Positions 50,793 through 60,223 of a stretch of 64,000 nt of DNA are shown piece by piece (position 1 is the first letter of the stretch; each line of letters starts with the position of its first letter). Below the pieces are notes generated by a model. It did no database searches. It saw only the letters and a list, made by a program, of their open reading frames with translations, and was not told where the DNA came from. This DNA comes from a candidate division WS6 bacterium OLB20 (GTDB lineage: Bacteria > Patescibacteriota > Dojkabacteria > B142 > OLB20), in the NCBI GenBank assembly GCA_001567355.1, contig JYNZ01000003.1, positions 274,124 to 338,123 of the forward strand, written 5' to 3'. Made by a program: the position numbers and the translations under genes.

Positions 50793-51719
50793 AGGATTGT
50801 CCACCACGTGAGCAGGAACGCCCGTCGCCTTGGTGAACAGCTCATCAATGTTGCGGATCAAAGCAGTACCTCCGCTCAATACCATACCTCTGTCAATAAT
50901 GTCGGATGACAGCTCGGGAGGTGTTTTTTCAAGAACGTTTTTTATGGATCCGATGATCTGGTTGAGAACCGTTTTAATGGAATCCACGACATCGTTGCTG
51001 TTGACCATGACCGATGAAGGCATGCCGGTTGTTGCATCCCGTCCGCGGACTTCCATCTCCAGAGGCTGATCAAGAAGCGTGGCGCTCCCGATCTCGATTT
51101 TGATCCGCTCTGCCATCTGCTCACCGATCAGAATATTGTGTCTGCGGCGCATGTGGTTAATGACTGAATCATTAACTGCGTCTCCGGCAACACGTTTGGA
51201 TTCGTAGGTCACGATACCGTTCATCGAGATAACTGCGATCTCTGATGTTCCGCCTCCCATATTCACGATCATGTTTCCTGCTGATGTGCTGATCGGGAGT
51301 TTGGCTCCGATTGCAGCTGCTATCGGTTCGGGAATAAGATAGATTTTTCCGGCTCCGGCTGAGGCTGCCGCTTCGATCACCGCGCGCTCCTCGACTGAAG
51401 TTACTCCGGCAGGGACACTGATCATCAGCTCGGGTTTAAAAAATCTCGTCCTGCCCAGTGCTTTATTAAGCAGATTAGTGATCATTGCCTCGGTAAGTTT
51501 GTAGCTGGCAATAACTCCCTGGCGGATCGGTCTGCGCGCGACAATGTTTCCCGGAACCTTACCAAGCATTTCTTTCGCTTCTGCACCGATTGCAAGGACC
51601 TGTTTATCATCCAGAGAGATCGCAACCACTGTCGGCTCTGTAACTACAATACCCTTTCCTTGAACTGCAACAAGCGAATTGGCCGTTCCCAGGTCAATCG
51701 CCACCTTCTTACCTGCCAT
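50715..51719 (-). CDS. second MreB-like actin-family protein (paralog of 35766..36821)
   Basis: VAIDLGTANSLV phosphate-1 motif, 334 aa; 3' end overlaps the convergent ATP-grasp gene by about 78 nt. Confidence 0.8.
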   Translation of the reverse strand: MAGKKVAIDLGTANSLVAVQGKGIVVTEPTVVAISLDDKQVLAIGAEAKEMLGKVPGNIVARRPIRQGVIASYKLTEAMITNLLNKALGRTRFFKPELMISVPAGVTSVEERAVIEAAASAGAGKIYLIPEPIAAAIGAKLPISTSAGNMIVNMGGGTSEIAVISMNGIVTYESKRVAGDAVNDSVINHMRRRHNILIGEQMAERIKIEIGSATLLDQPLEMEVRGRDATTGMPSSVMVNSNDVVDSIKTVLNQIIGSIKNVLEKTPPELSSDIIDRGMVLSGGTALIRNIDELFTKATGVPAHVVDNPLQTVINGISESLEHLDVIKRSLRGS

Positions 51720-51783
51720 ACGTGTTTATCTTGGAAGATATGGGATATATTGATATACTCTGTGACAGAATCATATTACACGG

Positions 51784-53271
51784 ATGAGCAAAAGTAAAAT
51801 CGTAACAGTACTGGTAGTCATCGGAGTCTTTCTGCTCTTCTCGGGTATCGCTGCCATCGCGATTATTATATCACGCGGCGGAACGTTTACTGATGATGGA
51901 CTCGTTCTTGATTCAGGAGTGATGCGTATTTTTACCGAACCCGACAATATTCAGGCTACCTACTACCTAAACGATGAGCGCGTTGATCCTCAGGACAGAA
52001 GGGTGTTTGGTATCGTGGAGGGCGACTACAAACTGCGTATCGAGGCAGAAGGTTTTGCCACATGGGAAAAAATCGTCCGTGTAGATTCGGGGCTCGTACT
52101 TGATGTATTTGCCAAACTCTATCCCGAGAGCTTTTCTGCCCAGCAGTTTACTAACACCAATGTCGACAGGGCCTTCTTTTCACCTAATGGCGAGTACGTG
52201 TATTACTTCGTGAAAGAATCTCCGTTTGGAGCCAACAAGGGACTCTGGAAGATCCGGCTGACACAGGGAGGGTTTATTTTCAACTCCTTCGATTCAGAAC
52301 CGGAGAAGCTTTCAAACCTATCCACTCCCCTGCTTAACACAGTAAACGGCGGTGACTACGAGATTGTTCCCAGCATCGACAACAACAGACTGCTGCTGAT
52401 CGATCATGCGCGCGATATGCGGTTTATCCTCAATACCGGCAGTTTTACAGAGGCCGGGATTGTCAATCTTGACTCTCTGCTAGGGTTTAAGCCGGACAAT
52501 GTTTCGTGGTTTAATGGTTCCTCATCAGTCATTGTGCAGCACGAACAGGTACTTTTTGAGTACAACATTTCCAGCGGGGTCTCCACACTGATCACCTACA
52601 GTCCCGAAAAGCCTATTGTCTACGCTGCAGGAAACGGTGCTGTATATATTTACGACCACCTGACACAGCAGCTCGAAATCTATCAGAACCAGTCAGTCAC
52701 CCCCGTGGAGCTTGAAAACGTAACTCTGCCACAAGTGATCACCGAACTGCACACACCGCTCAACAACGAACGCTTTGTCATGCTGAAATCTGGAGCCGGA
52801 TCGTACTACTATCTTGATACAGAAAGCAGTCTCATCAGACAGATTCAGGATACCGCAATCAGCTTCCACCAGTTTGCACAGGACGGGCGCTCTGCTCTGT
52901 TTACCAAGGACAAGCGTGTCTTCACCTATACAGTGAGAGAAATCATTGCCCGCAACACAATTGAGACCAAGCTGACGGATACCGGTTTTGTTCTTGATTC
53001 GGAGGATGATACAGCAGGGTTTGTGCCTCAGTCGACACATATTCTGCATTATGCGAACGGTGAGGATCATACGATCAGCATTGCAGACAAGGATGGCGCC
53101 AACCATGTCGTGCTCCTGCAGAATGCCGGCATCAAAAATTCGGACTTCAGTGTGGACTCGGATGGAAGCACGTTCGTGGTATTATTGACAGATGAGATTG
53201 GCGATCAGGAATCTGCCAACGCAAATCTCTATACCATTGATCTGCAGACACCAAATCCCGCAGGTCAGTAA
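51784..53271 (+). CDS. membrane-anchored hypothetical protein with PEGA-like domain
   Basis: N-terminal TM (IVTVLVVIGVFLLFSGIAAIAIII), PEGA-like YKLRIEAEGFATWEKIVRV. Confidence 0.55.
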   Translation: MSKSKIVTVLVVIGVFLLFSGIAAIAIIISRGGTFTDDGLVLDSGVMRIFTEPDNIQATYYLNDERVDPQDRRVFGIVEGDYKLRIEAEGFATWEKIVRVDSGLVLDVFAKLYPESFSAQQFTNTNVDRAFFSPNGEYVYYFVKESPFGANKGLWKIRLTQGGFIFNSFDSEPEKLSNLSTPLLNTVNGGDYEIVPSIDNNRLLLIDHARDMRFILNTGSFTEAGIVNLDSLLGFKPDNVSWFNGSSSVIVQHEQVLFEYNISSGVSTLITYSPEKPIVYAAGNGAVYIYDHLTQQLEIYQNQSVTPVELENVTLPQVITELHTPLNNERFVMLKSGAGSYYYLDTESSLIRQIQDTAISFHQFAQDGRSALFTKDKRVFTYTVREIIARNTIETKLTDTGFVLDSEDDTAGFVPQSTHILHYANGEDHTISIADKDGANHVVLLQNAGIKNSDFSVDSDGSTFVVLLTDEIGDQESANANLYTIDLQTPNPAGQ

Positions 53272-53296
53272 TCAGCACGTTTTGCAGATTTACAAT

Positions 53297-53373
53297 GCAC
53301 CAGTAGCTCAGACGGATAGAGCAAGGCACTCCTAACGCCTAGGCCGCAGGTTCGACTCCTGCCTGGTGCACCA
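53297..53373 (+). tRNA. tRNA-Arg (anticodon CCU), CCA encoded
   Basis: Acceptor gcaccag/ctggtgc, D arm agctcagacggatagagc typical of tRNA-Arg, anticodon loop ctCCTaa (31-39 A/C mismatch), T arm gcagg-ttcgact-cctgc. Confidence 0.8.
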
Positions 53374-53382
53374 CTGCAACCT
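53354..53382 (+). repeat. 29-nt direct repeat, copy 1 (tRNA-Arg T-arm/acceptor 3' end + CCA + 9 nt)
   Basis: gactcctgcctggtgcaccactgcaacct; identical copy at 53549..53577. Confidence 0.85.
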
Positions 53383-53548
53383 GTGAACGAAGTGAACAGT
53401 TGTTGGAGTGAGTGGGACGTAGCTTTAGCGAAGTCCTCCACCAGTATGATTAACTATTTCCAGATGCAGCTCAGGTTCTCCACCTTCGCTTCACTCCGGC
53501 GGACTAAGCGGAGAGTATGCTCGCTTTCGCATCGCACTCCCGCTTGAG

Positions 53549-53577
53549 GACTCCTGCCTGGTGCACCACTGCAACCT
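53549..53577 (+). repeat. 29-nt direct repeat, copy 2 (att-like partial tRNA-Arg 3' end duplication)
   Basis: Exact 29/29 match to 53354..53382, 195 bp downstream. Confidence 0.85.
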
Positions 53578-53692
53578 TTAGCCGAAGTTTGCAGGTGCTG
53601 CGGTAAGATCCCGCTATCAGCAATGACAATCCGCATACACCGCGAGGTTCTTTCAACAGTTGCTGACTTTGATTCTCTGAAAGCTGTGAAGG

Positions 53693-54697
53693 CTATCTTC
53701 GTCTGTTCAGCATGCGTTCACGACGCAGATTCGCTCGTTCTATCGCTTCAGACATGTCTGCCTCAGGTTTTTTGACCAGCCTCACCATGAACACGCCCTC
53801 AGAGCTGGTATCATCTGCAGTGACAAGTCCGACTGACTCCTGACTGGTCTGAATGATCTTATGCTGTGATTCGACTGCAAAGTTATTCATGGTCGCAAAA
53901 TGAAGGAAGTCGGCAAGATTACGGAATGTCACAAGCCCCGGCTGTCTTGTGTAGTTCATCGCATAGACATGATCAGCATATGCGATGCCAAGTGACCGTG
54001 CCTCAGAACGTTCTGCGGACGCGATATTTGCCCAGTCAAACGGGAGATCCTCCTTCACAGGTCGCTTCCAGAGCTCTGCCTTGGCACGCATTCCATCATG
54101 GGTCCGGACTGCTTCTTCATCACTGACAGCGACAAATTTGACTACAAATGCTCCATCATCTTTCAGGGCCTGATGTGCCGTATTCATGATGGAACGGGCT
54201 GTCTGGTGCTCCATTCCTTCAAACAGAAATTCGCTTACAATCAGATCGGCTGTCTGATCCTGACCCTCAAGAGGACACGCCAGATTGTGCAGCAAAGCTT
54301 CTGAATCAGAGATACCTCTCTGCCCGATATAGTGCTGTGACCGTGCAATGCTGAGCGGATTAATATCATATGCGGAGTAAGATCCCTGCCTGTTGCCAAA
54401 CGCCTCATTGTCCATGTAAAACGCAAATTCGCTCGGCAGGCCGAAGCGCAATATACGTGATCCGGGATTTACTGCTACCTGTTCAAATCCTGCGCCGGGA
54501 TAATGCGGTGAGCGGACCGGACTAAGCCAGCCCCACTGGTAACCGTAGCCTACCGTGTACAGCGCTGTCTCGTATGAGACATCAAACCTGGTCGCAAGAT
54601 CATTAATTGAATTAGAAGGGTCATCAGGGTTTATTGAGAGTTTCCTGGACTCAAACCCTTCCCGTAAACCTGTCTGTGAAAGTATTTCGTTTCCCAT
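53693..54697 (-). CDS. hypothetical protein (possible class-I methyltransferase-like fold, weak)
   Basis: 334-aa ORF; ADLIVSEFLFEGMEH resembles MTase motif II but motif I is not evident. Confidence 0.45.
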   Translation of the reverse strand: MGNEILSQTGLREGFESRKLSINPDDPSNSINDLATRFDVSYETALYTVGYGYQWGWLSPVRSPHYPGAGFEQVAVNPGSRILRFGLPSEFAFYMDNEAFGNRQGSYSAYDINPLSIARSQHYIGQRGISDSEALLHNLACPLEGQDQTADLIVSEFLFEGMEHQTARSIMNTAHQALKDDGAFVVKFVAVSDEEAVRTHDGMRAKAELWKRPVKEDLPFDWANIASAERSEARSLGIAYADHVYAMNYTRQPGLVTFRNLADFLHFATMNNFAVESQHKIIQTSQESVGLVTADDTSSEGVFMVRLVKKPEADMSEAIERANLRRERMLNRRR

Positions 54698-54786
54698 TGT
54701 ATATATTCAATATATATTAATTATACCACACTGCAGGTATAATCGCCTAAACTTGACAGAGGTTTCACTGCTGTTAGACTGTTTTT

Positions 54787-55359
54787 ATGGACGGAGAGAC
54801 AAAGGCTTTACTGGTACAGCAGATACGATATTACGGTGAGAGCAAGATCTTTGACCTCAACCGTCGTGATGAGCTGATTGCCGAGCAGTCCTTTAAACTG
54901 TGCGAGCTGATTATCAACGCGTCCAGCGGGCTTCTCGGAGCCATAGGATTGTCAATCCTCATTTCGGAAAGCATCACACAGACAGTTGCGCTTATCCTGG
55001 CTGGCAACCTTCTCTTCATTATCTTTGTGATCTACCGGTCATTCAGTCTGCGCAAACAGATTCTGTCCCTGCGCAGGAGCGTAATCGAAAAGAAAGCACA
55101 TACCGATAGTGAAATCTTAACGCGCCTGACCGCAGAGTCCTATGAGCTCTTCCAGAAAGACTACGAGGCATTTGCCAATGCAATTGCTGCGATAAAAAAT
55201 GAGGAGAAAGAGGATCAGAAACCATCTGCTGAGGAAATTAACGCGGAGACCACCCGGATTATCCAGGCCATCTGGATCCTGCGCGCCTTCTTTATCCTGA
55301 CGCTTGTTCTGACCGCGTTTGCTGTTATTATCCAGCTGGGTCAGACTGTTTTTGCATAA
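54787..55359 (+). CDS. hypothetical integral membrane protein
   Basis: 190 aa, at least 3 hydrophobic helices. Confidence 0.45.
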   Translation: MDGETKALLVQQIRYYGESKIFDLNRRDELIAEQSFKLCELIINASSGLLGAIGLSILISESITQTVALILAGNLLFIIFVIYRSFSLRKQILSLRRSVIEKKAHTDSEILTRLTAESYELFQKDYEAFANAIAAIKNEEKEDQKPSAEEINAETTRIIQAIWILRAFFILTLVLTAFAVIIQLGQTVFA

Positions 55360-55404
55360 AAAAAGGGCCCCTGAAGGACCCTTTCTCTCAGTATTTCGTG
55401 ATCA

Positions 55405-56013
55405 TTACTTCCTGGTCAGTTTACCCTGCATACCCATCAGTGGAGCTGCATAGGTCGAATAGTCGATAACCTCAACATGCTCAAACCAGAGCGCTATTTC
55501 ATCTTCTGCCTCGGCAACTTCACCGGATGCATGCACAAGGTTGTAAAACGGGCGCTTATGCTGATTGGCCAGTTCGGCGTTGTCAGATGAAAAGTCGCCC
55601 CTGATCGTACCCGGGGCTGCATTGATCGGGTTTGTCTCACCAACAAGCTTACGTCCGATCTTTACGGCATTCGGGCCTTCCCAGACCATTGCAAGAACCG
55701 GTCCGTAGGTCAGGTAGTCAACATTCCACTGTTTGACAAGCTTTCCGATCTCGATCGCATCATCGGTGCCCAGCTCTTTTACCGCATCAATCCCCTTCTC
55801 TTTGTACTCACTGAGGGTGCGTTCGCCTACTTTTCTGTACCAGCTCTCTGCATCGGGATAATGCGCTTTACCCATGTCTTCTGTACTCTGCAGAAATTCG
55901 AGCGCGACGAGTTTAAGACCAACTCGTTCAAAGCGCTTGATGATCTGTCCCATGAGACCGCGGGCGACACCGTCGTGCTTGACGATGATGACTGTTTTTT
56001 CTGTATTGCTCAT
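55405..56013 (-). CDS. ndk: nucleoside diphosphate kinase-like protein with about 50-aa internal insertion (paralog 1)
   Basis: NDK fold: IIVKHDGVARGL, catalytic-His region NLVHASGEVAEAEDEIALWF; 202 aa versus about 140 typical. Confidence 0.7.
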   Translation of the reverse strand: MSNTEKTVIIVKHDGVARGLMGQIIKRFERVGLKLVALEFLQSTEDMGKAHYPDAESWYRKVGERTLSEYKEKGIDAVKELGTDDAIEIGKLVKQWNVDYLTYGPVLAMVWEGPNAVKIGRKLVGETNPINAAPGTIRGDFSSDNAELANQHKRPFYNLVHASGEVAEAEDEIALWFEHVEVIDYSTYAAPLMGMQGKLTRK

Positions 56014-56033
56014 ATTAGTGTTGTAACAGATAA

Positions 56034-56648
56034 TCAGATAAATGCCTCGTACGAACCCGTATAGTCCGCCCGGTCATAATCACCGAGGTAGGTATATTTG
56101 TCGCCAAACCAGTGCTCGATCTCGCGTTCGGCCTCATCTGCTGCATCAGACCGGTGTACAAGGGTTCTAAAGACGATACGTCCGGACTTAACTGCAAACT
56201 GCGGAGTATCAAAGCCGAAATCACCGCGGATTGTCCCCACATCAGCCACAGTTGGATCGGTCTTACCCATCAGACGCTCCACAACCTTCACTGCGTGGTT
56301 TCCCTCCCATACTGCAATCAGTACAGGTCCGTCGACAAGGTAGTTTACCAGTGCGTCATAGATCTTTTTGCCGATCTCAAGCGGATCATCGGTTCCGAGG
56401 TCGGCTTTTACAGCTTTAAGATCGTGGTTGTAATTGTTCAGCGTTTTTTCACCCATAGCTGTCATCCATTCATCAGTACCGGGGTAATTGCCGCGTGCCT
56501 GTTCCTCTGTCGCCTGAATTAATCGCGCTGCGACAAGTTTCAGCCCGATCCGCTCCAGTCTGCTGAAGATCTCGCCGACAAGCCCCCGCTTTATCCCGTC
56601 CGGCTTGATCATGAAGAACGTCTTCTCAATGTTTGGCAGGTTGCTCAT
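56034..56648 (-). CDS. ndk: nucleoside diphosphate kinase-like protein with internal insertion (paralog 2)
   Basis: FFMIKPDGIKRGLVGEIFSRLE, NLVHRSDAADEAEREIEHWF; 204 aa. Confidence 0.75.
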   Translation of the reverse strand: MSNLPNIEKTFFMIKPDGIKRGLVGEIFSRLERIGLKLVAARLIQATEEQARGNYPGTDEWMTAMGEKTLNNYNHDLKAVKADLGTDDPLEIGKKIYDALVNYLVDGPVLIAVWEGNHAVKVVERLMGKTDPTVADVGTIRGDFGFDTPQFAVKSGRIVFRTLVHRSDAADEAEREIEHWFGDKYTYLGDYDRADYTGSYEAFI

Positions 56649-56658
56649 ATTGAGTATA

Positions 56659-57288
56659 TTAATAAGTAATTCCGTGCTCTTTCAGCACAGCAAGAATCGA
56701 TGAAAACACCTGGTCGACAGGTCCGTTACCGTCGATAACCGCCCAGGTACCAAATGTATTGTTGTCTGCAAGCTTCAGAAAAGCAGACCGGATCTTTCTC
56801 TGCTTCTCGATATCAGCTTCAAACATATCAAACCCCTCTTCATGGCCTTCTTCGTCAAGTTTGCGCTTTACCGCCTTGTCGGGATCAACGTCCAGAAATA
56901 CAACCAGTTCGGGCCTGGGAAGTTTAAAGGTTTCAGCGAAATCGAGCGCAGTATCAAGCGCGATGCTGCCCAGCAGCATACTCTGGTAAGCAATATTTGT
57001 CGTATAGTAGCCGTCGGCAATAAAGTGGGTATCGGTTTTGCCTGTATGCATCTCTATCCTAGGCTTCCAGAGCAGCTGATCAAGTGCAAAGCTTAAAAAC
57101 ATCGCCTCGGATGGAACGTCAATCTCGCTATGCAGTGCAGGATGAATCAACTCGCGATAAAGAGCACCTTCGTGGTCAGGAAAATCTGTCGTATCGTAGG
57201 TTACATCATGTTCGTCAAAATGCGCCAGAAGCTCATGGCGCTGTCTGCCTTTGCCGGCACCATCAATGCCTTCGAGAACAATGAACAT
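56659..57288 (-). CDS. tmk: thymidylate kinase
   Basis: P-loop LEGIDGAGKG, DRY-like region, LID; 209 aa. Confidence 0.8.
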   Translation of the reverse strand: MFIVLEGIDGAGKGRQRHELLAHFDEHDVTYDTTDFPDHEGALYRELIHPALHSEIDVPSEAMFLSFALDQLLWKPRIEMHTGKTDTHFIADGYYTTNIAYQSMLLGSIALDTALDFAETFKLPRPELVVFLDVDPDKAVKRKLDEEGHEEGFDMFEADIEKQRKIRSAFLKLADNNTFGTWAVIDGNGPVDQVFSSILAVLKEHGITY

Positions 57289-57334
57289 AGGAGAATTGCT
57301 AAGTTACGCCATTGTAGCAGATTGTTTCTGACGG

Positions 57335-58165
57335 TCAATCCCTGCTGATTGAGTAACCGTGGCCATCCGATTTCAGGTGGATTCTGCCCTGCAGGTCTGT
57401 TCTAAATACTTGAACACCCGCTATGTCCAGATTATTCAATACCTCCTGATGCGGATGTCCGAATCTGTTATCTCTGCCTGACTGAATTATTGCGACCTCT
57501 GGTGCGGTATCTGCAAGAAAATCCGGCATGGTACTTGTTCGACTGCCGTGATGCGACACCTTGAGCACATCAATGTCCGGCAGATCTGACCTCACAAGAG
57601 CACGTTCTGCGTCCTTTTCGATATCACCGCCGGTGAACAGTGAAAATGACCCGTATCTGACAATGCCGCTGATCGAGGCGTTGTTTGAGCTATAGCGGGA
57701 GTACGTTGTACGATCAGGCCAGTGGACAGCAAAACTCACACAGCACCCGAAATACAACACGTCACCTTCCCAGAGCGTCTGCCTGCTGCCTAGTGTCTCG
57801 GTCTGAAACAGCTTAAACAGAGCCGAGTCATGGTCACTGCTGTTCCAGATAAATGTTTTTACGGTATACCTGTCCGCAACGTCAAGCATACCACCCAGAT
57901 GATCAAGATCAGGGTGCGACAGCATAACGTAGTCGATCTCTCTGTCCCAGACAGGCATAACAGCCCCGAGCTCCTGCAGAACAGTAGCATCAGGACCTGC
58001 GTCAATAAGAACATCAACTCCGTCAGGCGTTCGCAGATAGATAGCATCGCCCTGTCCGATATCAAGAAAATAAATCTCAAGATAACTGCTGAGGCTGACA
58101 CGTAAAGGCAGCGCGAGAAGTGCCAGACACACTATAATAAAGATCAGGCGTTTAAGCATCGGCAT
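57335..58165 (-). CDS. ComEC-associated MBL-fold (metallo-beta-lactamase) domain protein with its own N-terminal signal anchor
   Basis: FLDIGQGDAI, HPDLDHLGG, KVSHHGS motifs typical of the ComEC C-terminal nuclease domain; separate ORF downstream of the ComEC channel gene. Confidence 0.75.
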   Translation of the reverse strand: MPMLKRLIFIIVCLALLALPLRVSLSSYLEIYFLDIGQGDAIYLRTPDGVDVLIDAGPDATVLQELGAVMPVWDREIDYVMLSHPDLDHLGGMLDVADRYTVKTFIWNSSDHDSALFKLFQTETLGSRQTLWEGDVLYFGCCVSFAVHWPDRTTYSRYSSNNASISGIVRYGSFSLFTGGDIEKDAERALVRSDLPDIDVLKVSHHGSRTSTMPDFLADTAPEVAIIQSGRDNRFGHPHQEVLNNLDIAGVQVFRTDLQGRIHLKSDGHGYSISRD

Positions 58166-58230
58166 CGGGCTTTACCAGCACGGTCGTGATAAAAAGAAGT
58201 ATCAGTACGGCGACGCCTGCTGCTTCTCTG

Positions 58231-59607
58231 TTAGTCCCGATCACGAGCATAGTACCTTCTATTGATGAGAAAAAACGTAATAATCCGGACAAACAGTTCT
58301 GTCACAATCCACGCCGGGACAGCCGCCAGATCATTAATGACCGGTAGCAGAGACAGGGGCAGGATAAGAAAGCCAAACAGCATAATAATAGGCACCAGCG
58401 GTCCGACAGCAAGATTGGCGATCGGACTGATAAGCGGCACCGTCCCGAAAGATGACACAGTAACCGGCAGAGTTGCTACGTTGGCTGCCAGCGTAAGTGA
58501 AAGCTCTTCGCGGATCAGTGTCCCGAACAGACGCGGGACAATGCGCCTGAGGCGCGGTTCAATCACAATCAGCCCCAGGGTAGCTGCAAAGGACAGTTGC
58601 AGACTGAGTGAAAACAGACTCAGGGGATTAATCAGCAGCATGCAAAACAGGGCCAGCCCCAGACTGTTAGCAACTGCCCCCCTTCTGCCGCTGACCTTAC
58701 CCGCAAGCATCGCCAGTCCCATAATGGTGGCGCGCAGAGCCGGCTGATTATCAGCACCGACAATACCCAGAAACAGCAGTATGCCAACGGCTGCAATCCA
58801 CATGAGTTTCTTGCGGTGGATACGACCCGCAAGTGACAGAATCAGAGTAATCAGAAGGGTCACATTAAAACCGGAGACAGCAATCATATGTGTCGTCCCG
58901 GTCAGAGACAGCCTCCCGTCAAAATCCTGATAAAACTCTTCGCGTGTTCCGATCAGCATGCCGATCACCAATGCTGCATGCGGCTCCGGCAATGACATTT
59001 GAAGCTTTTCCCTGATTCCGTTTCTTGCAGATACAAGCAGAGAATCAGGGAAACCTGCGTCGGCTGTTACTTCGATTGTATGTGCATCAGCCACTGCATA
59101 TACATCCAGTGTGCGAAGATAGCCGGGATAATCAAAACCATCGAATGATTCCGGCTGCTCGATCTGCGCTGTAAACGTTACTCTCTGCCCCTGCTCCACT
59201 CTGACATAACGTCCGGTTGTAACCAGGATCAGTCCGCCTCTGACACTGAGAGAGCCGGCATCATCTGACAGTGCCAGGGGTAAGAGCCTGAAGCGCTTGC
59301 GGTGCAGATCTGTGTAGGGTTGTGATACAACAATGCCCGTGACTTCATAGTATCCGTTCAGGTACCTGGTCACATGAGCATCAATATGCTCGGGCACTGC
59401 TGTCGAGAAATATCTGAGTACCAGCAGTGCGAGGAGTGGCACAAGCAGAAGGAACCTGCGGTTGATCATGACTGCCGCACCGGATGAAGCAGACATAAAC
59501 AGCAGCCCATGGGCAAACGCAGACTTCTCTGCTCCGATAAGAAAGCCAGTCGCTGGAATCAGGATGAGCAGGAGCGGATATCCCGCGAGTACCCGTAGCC
59601 GCTTCAC
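58231..59607 (-). CDS. comEC: ComEC/Rec2 DNA-uptake channel protein (DUF4131 + Competence domain), lacking the MBL domain
   Basis: Multi-TM, conserved HMIAVSGFNVTLL segment of the ComEC competence domain. Confidence 0.8.
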   Translation of the reverse strand: MKRLRVLAGYPLLLILIPATGFLIGAEKSAFAHGLLFMSASSGAAVMINRRFLLLVPLLALLVLRYFSTAVPEHIDAHVTRYLNGYYEVTGIVVSQPYTDLHRKRFRLLPLALSDDAGSLSVRGGLILVTTGRYVRVEQGQRVTFTAQIEQPESFDGFDYPGYLRTLDVYAVADAHTIEVTADAGFPDSLLVSARNGIREKLQMSLPEPHAALVIGMLIGTREEFYQDFDGRLSLTGTTHMIAVSGFNVTLLITLILSLAGRIHRKKLMWIAAVGILLFLGIVGADNQPALRATIMGLAMLAGKVSGRRGAVANSLGLALFCMLLINPLSLFSLSLQLSFAATLGLIVIEPRLRRIVPRLFGTLIREELSLTLAANVATLPVTVSSFGTVPLISPIANLAVGPLVPIIMLFGFLILPLSLLPVINDLAAVPAWIVTELFVRIITFFLINRRYYARDRD

Positions 59608-60188
59608 AGGCTCACAAGCGGCTCAAGTTTTGAAAAGGTCTGTTCGCCTATGCCGGGGACGTTATCAAGATCCTCAACTGACTTATACGGTCTGGCATCG
59701 ATGATCTTCAGGGCTGTTGACTCCCCCACACCGGGCAGCGTCATCAGCTGCTCGAGCGTTGCAGAGTTAAGCGAAATACGCCCGCCGGCAGCCGATGGTG
59801 ATGCAGTCTTCTCAGCAGCCGGGATAAAGAGTTTGTACCCTTCTGCAGCAACTTCGGAAAGAGCCACATCCCGGTTAAGAAACAGCAGATCAGCCTCGGG
59901 AGTCAGACCTCCGGCAAGATCAATAAGTTCTATCACACGTCTCGGCTCTGCAAGTTCATACACACCAGGATTTGCAACCTGGCCGGTTATCTCAACAAAA
60001 TAGCTGCCACCACTGTCGGGGGAATCCGGGGGGATTGAAGAAGTACGATCCTGCGATATCTCATCCTGATGTCCCGCTGCTGCATACAGCAGCAGAGCTG
60101 TGAGCAGTATCACACAGATCAAAAGTCCTGCGAGAAGCTTCTGGATCCTGACGGGCAATGATTGTATCTCCCTGATTACATCGTTCAT
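59604..60188 (-). CDS. comEA: ComEA DNA receptor (helix-hairpin-helix)
   Basis: N-terminal TM; C-terminal tandem HhH (INSATLEQLMTLPGVGESTALKII...VPGIGEQTFSKL). Confidence 0.85.
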   Translation of the reverse strand: MNDVIREIQSLPVRIQKLLAGLLICVILLTALLLYAAAGHQDEISQDRTSSIPPDSPDSGGSYFVEITGQVANPGVYELAEPRRVIELIDLAGGLTPEADLLFLNRDVALSEVAAEGYKLFIPAAEKTASPSAAGGRISLNSATLEQLMTLPGVGESTALKIIDARPYKSVEDLDNVPGIGEQTFSKLEPLVSL

Positions 60189-60223
60189 ACCAGGGAGTAT
60201 AGAACTGCAGGATTAAAACATCC

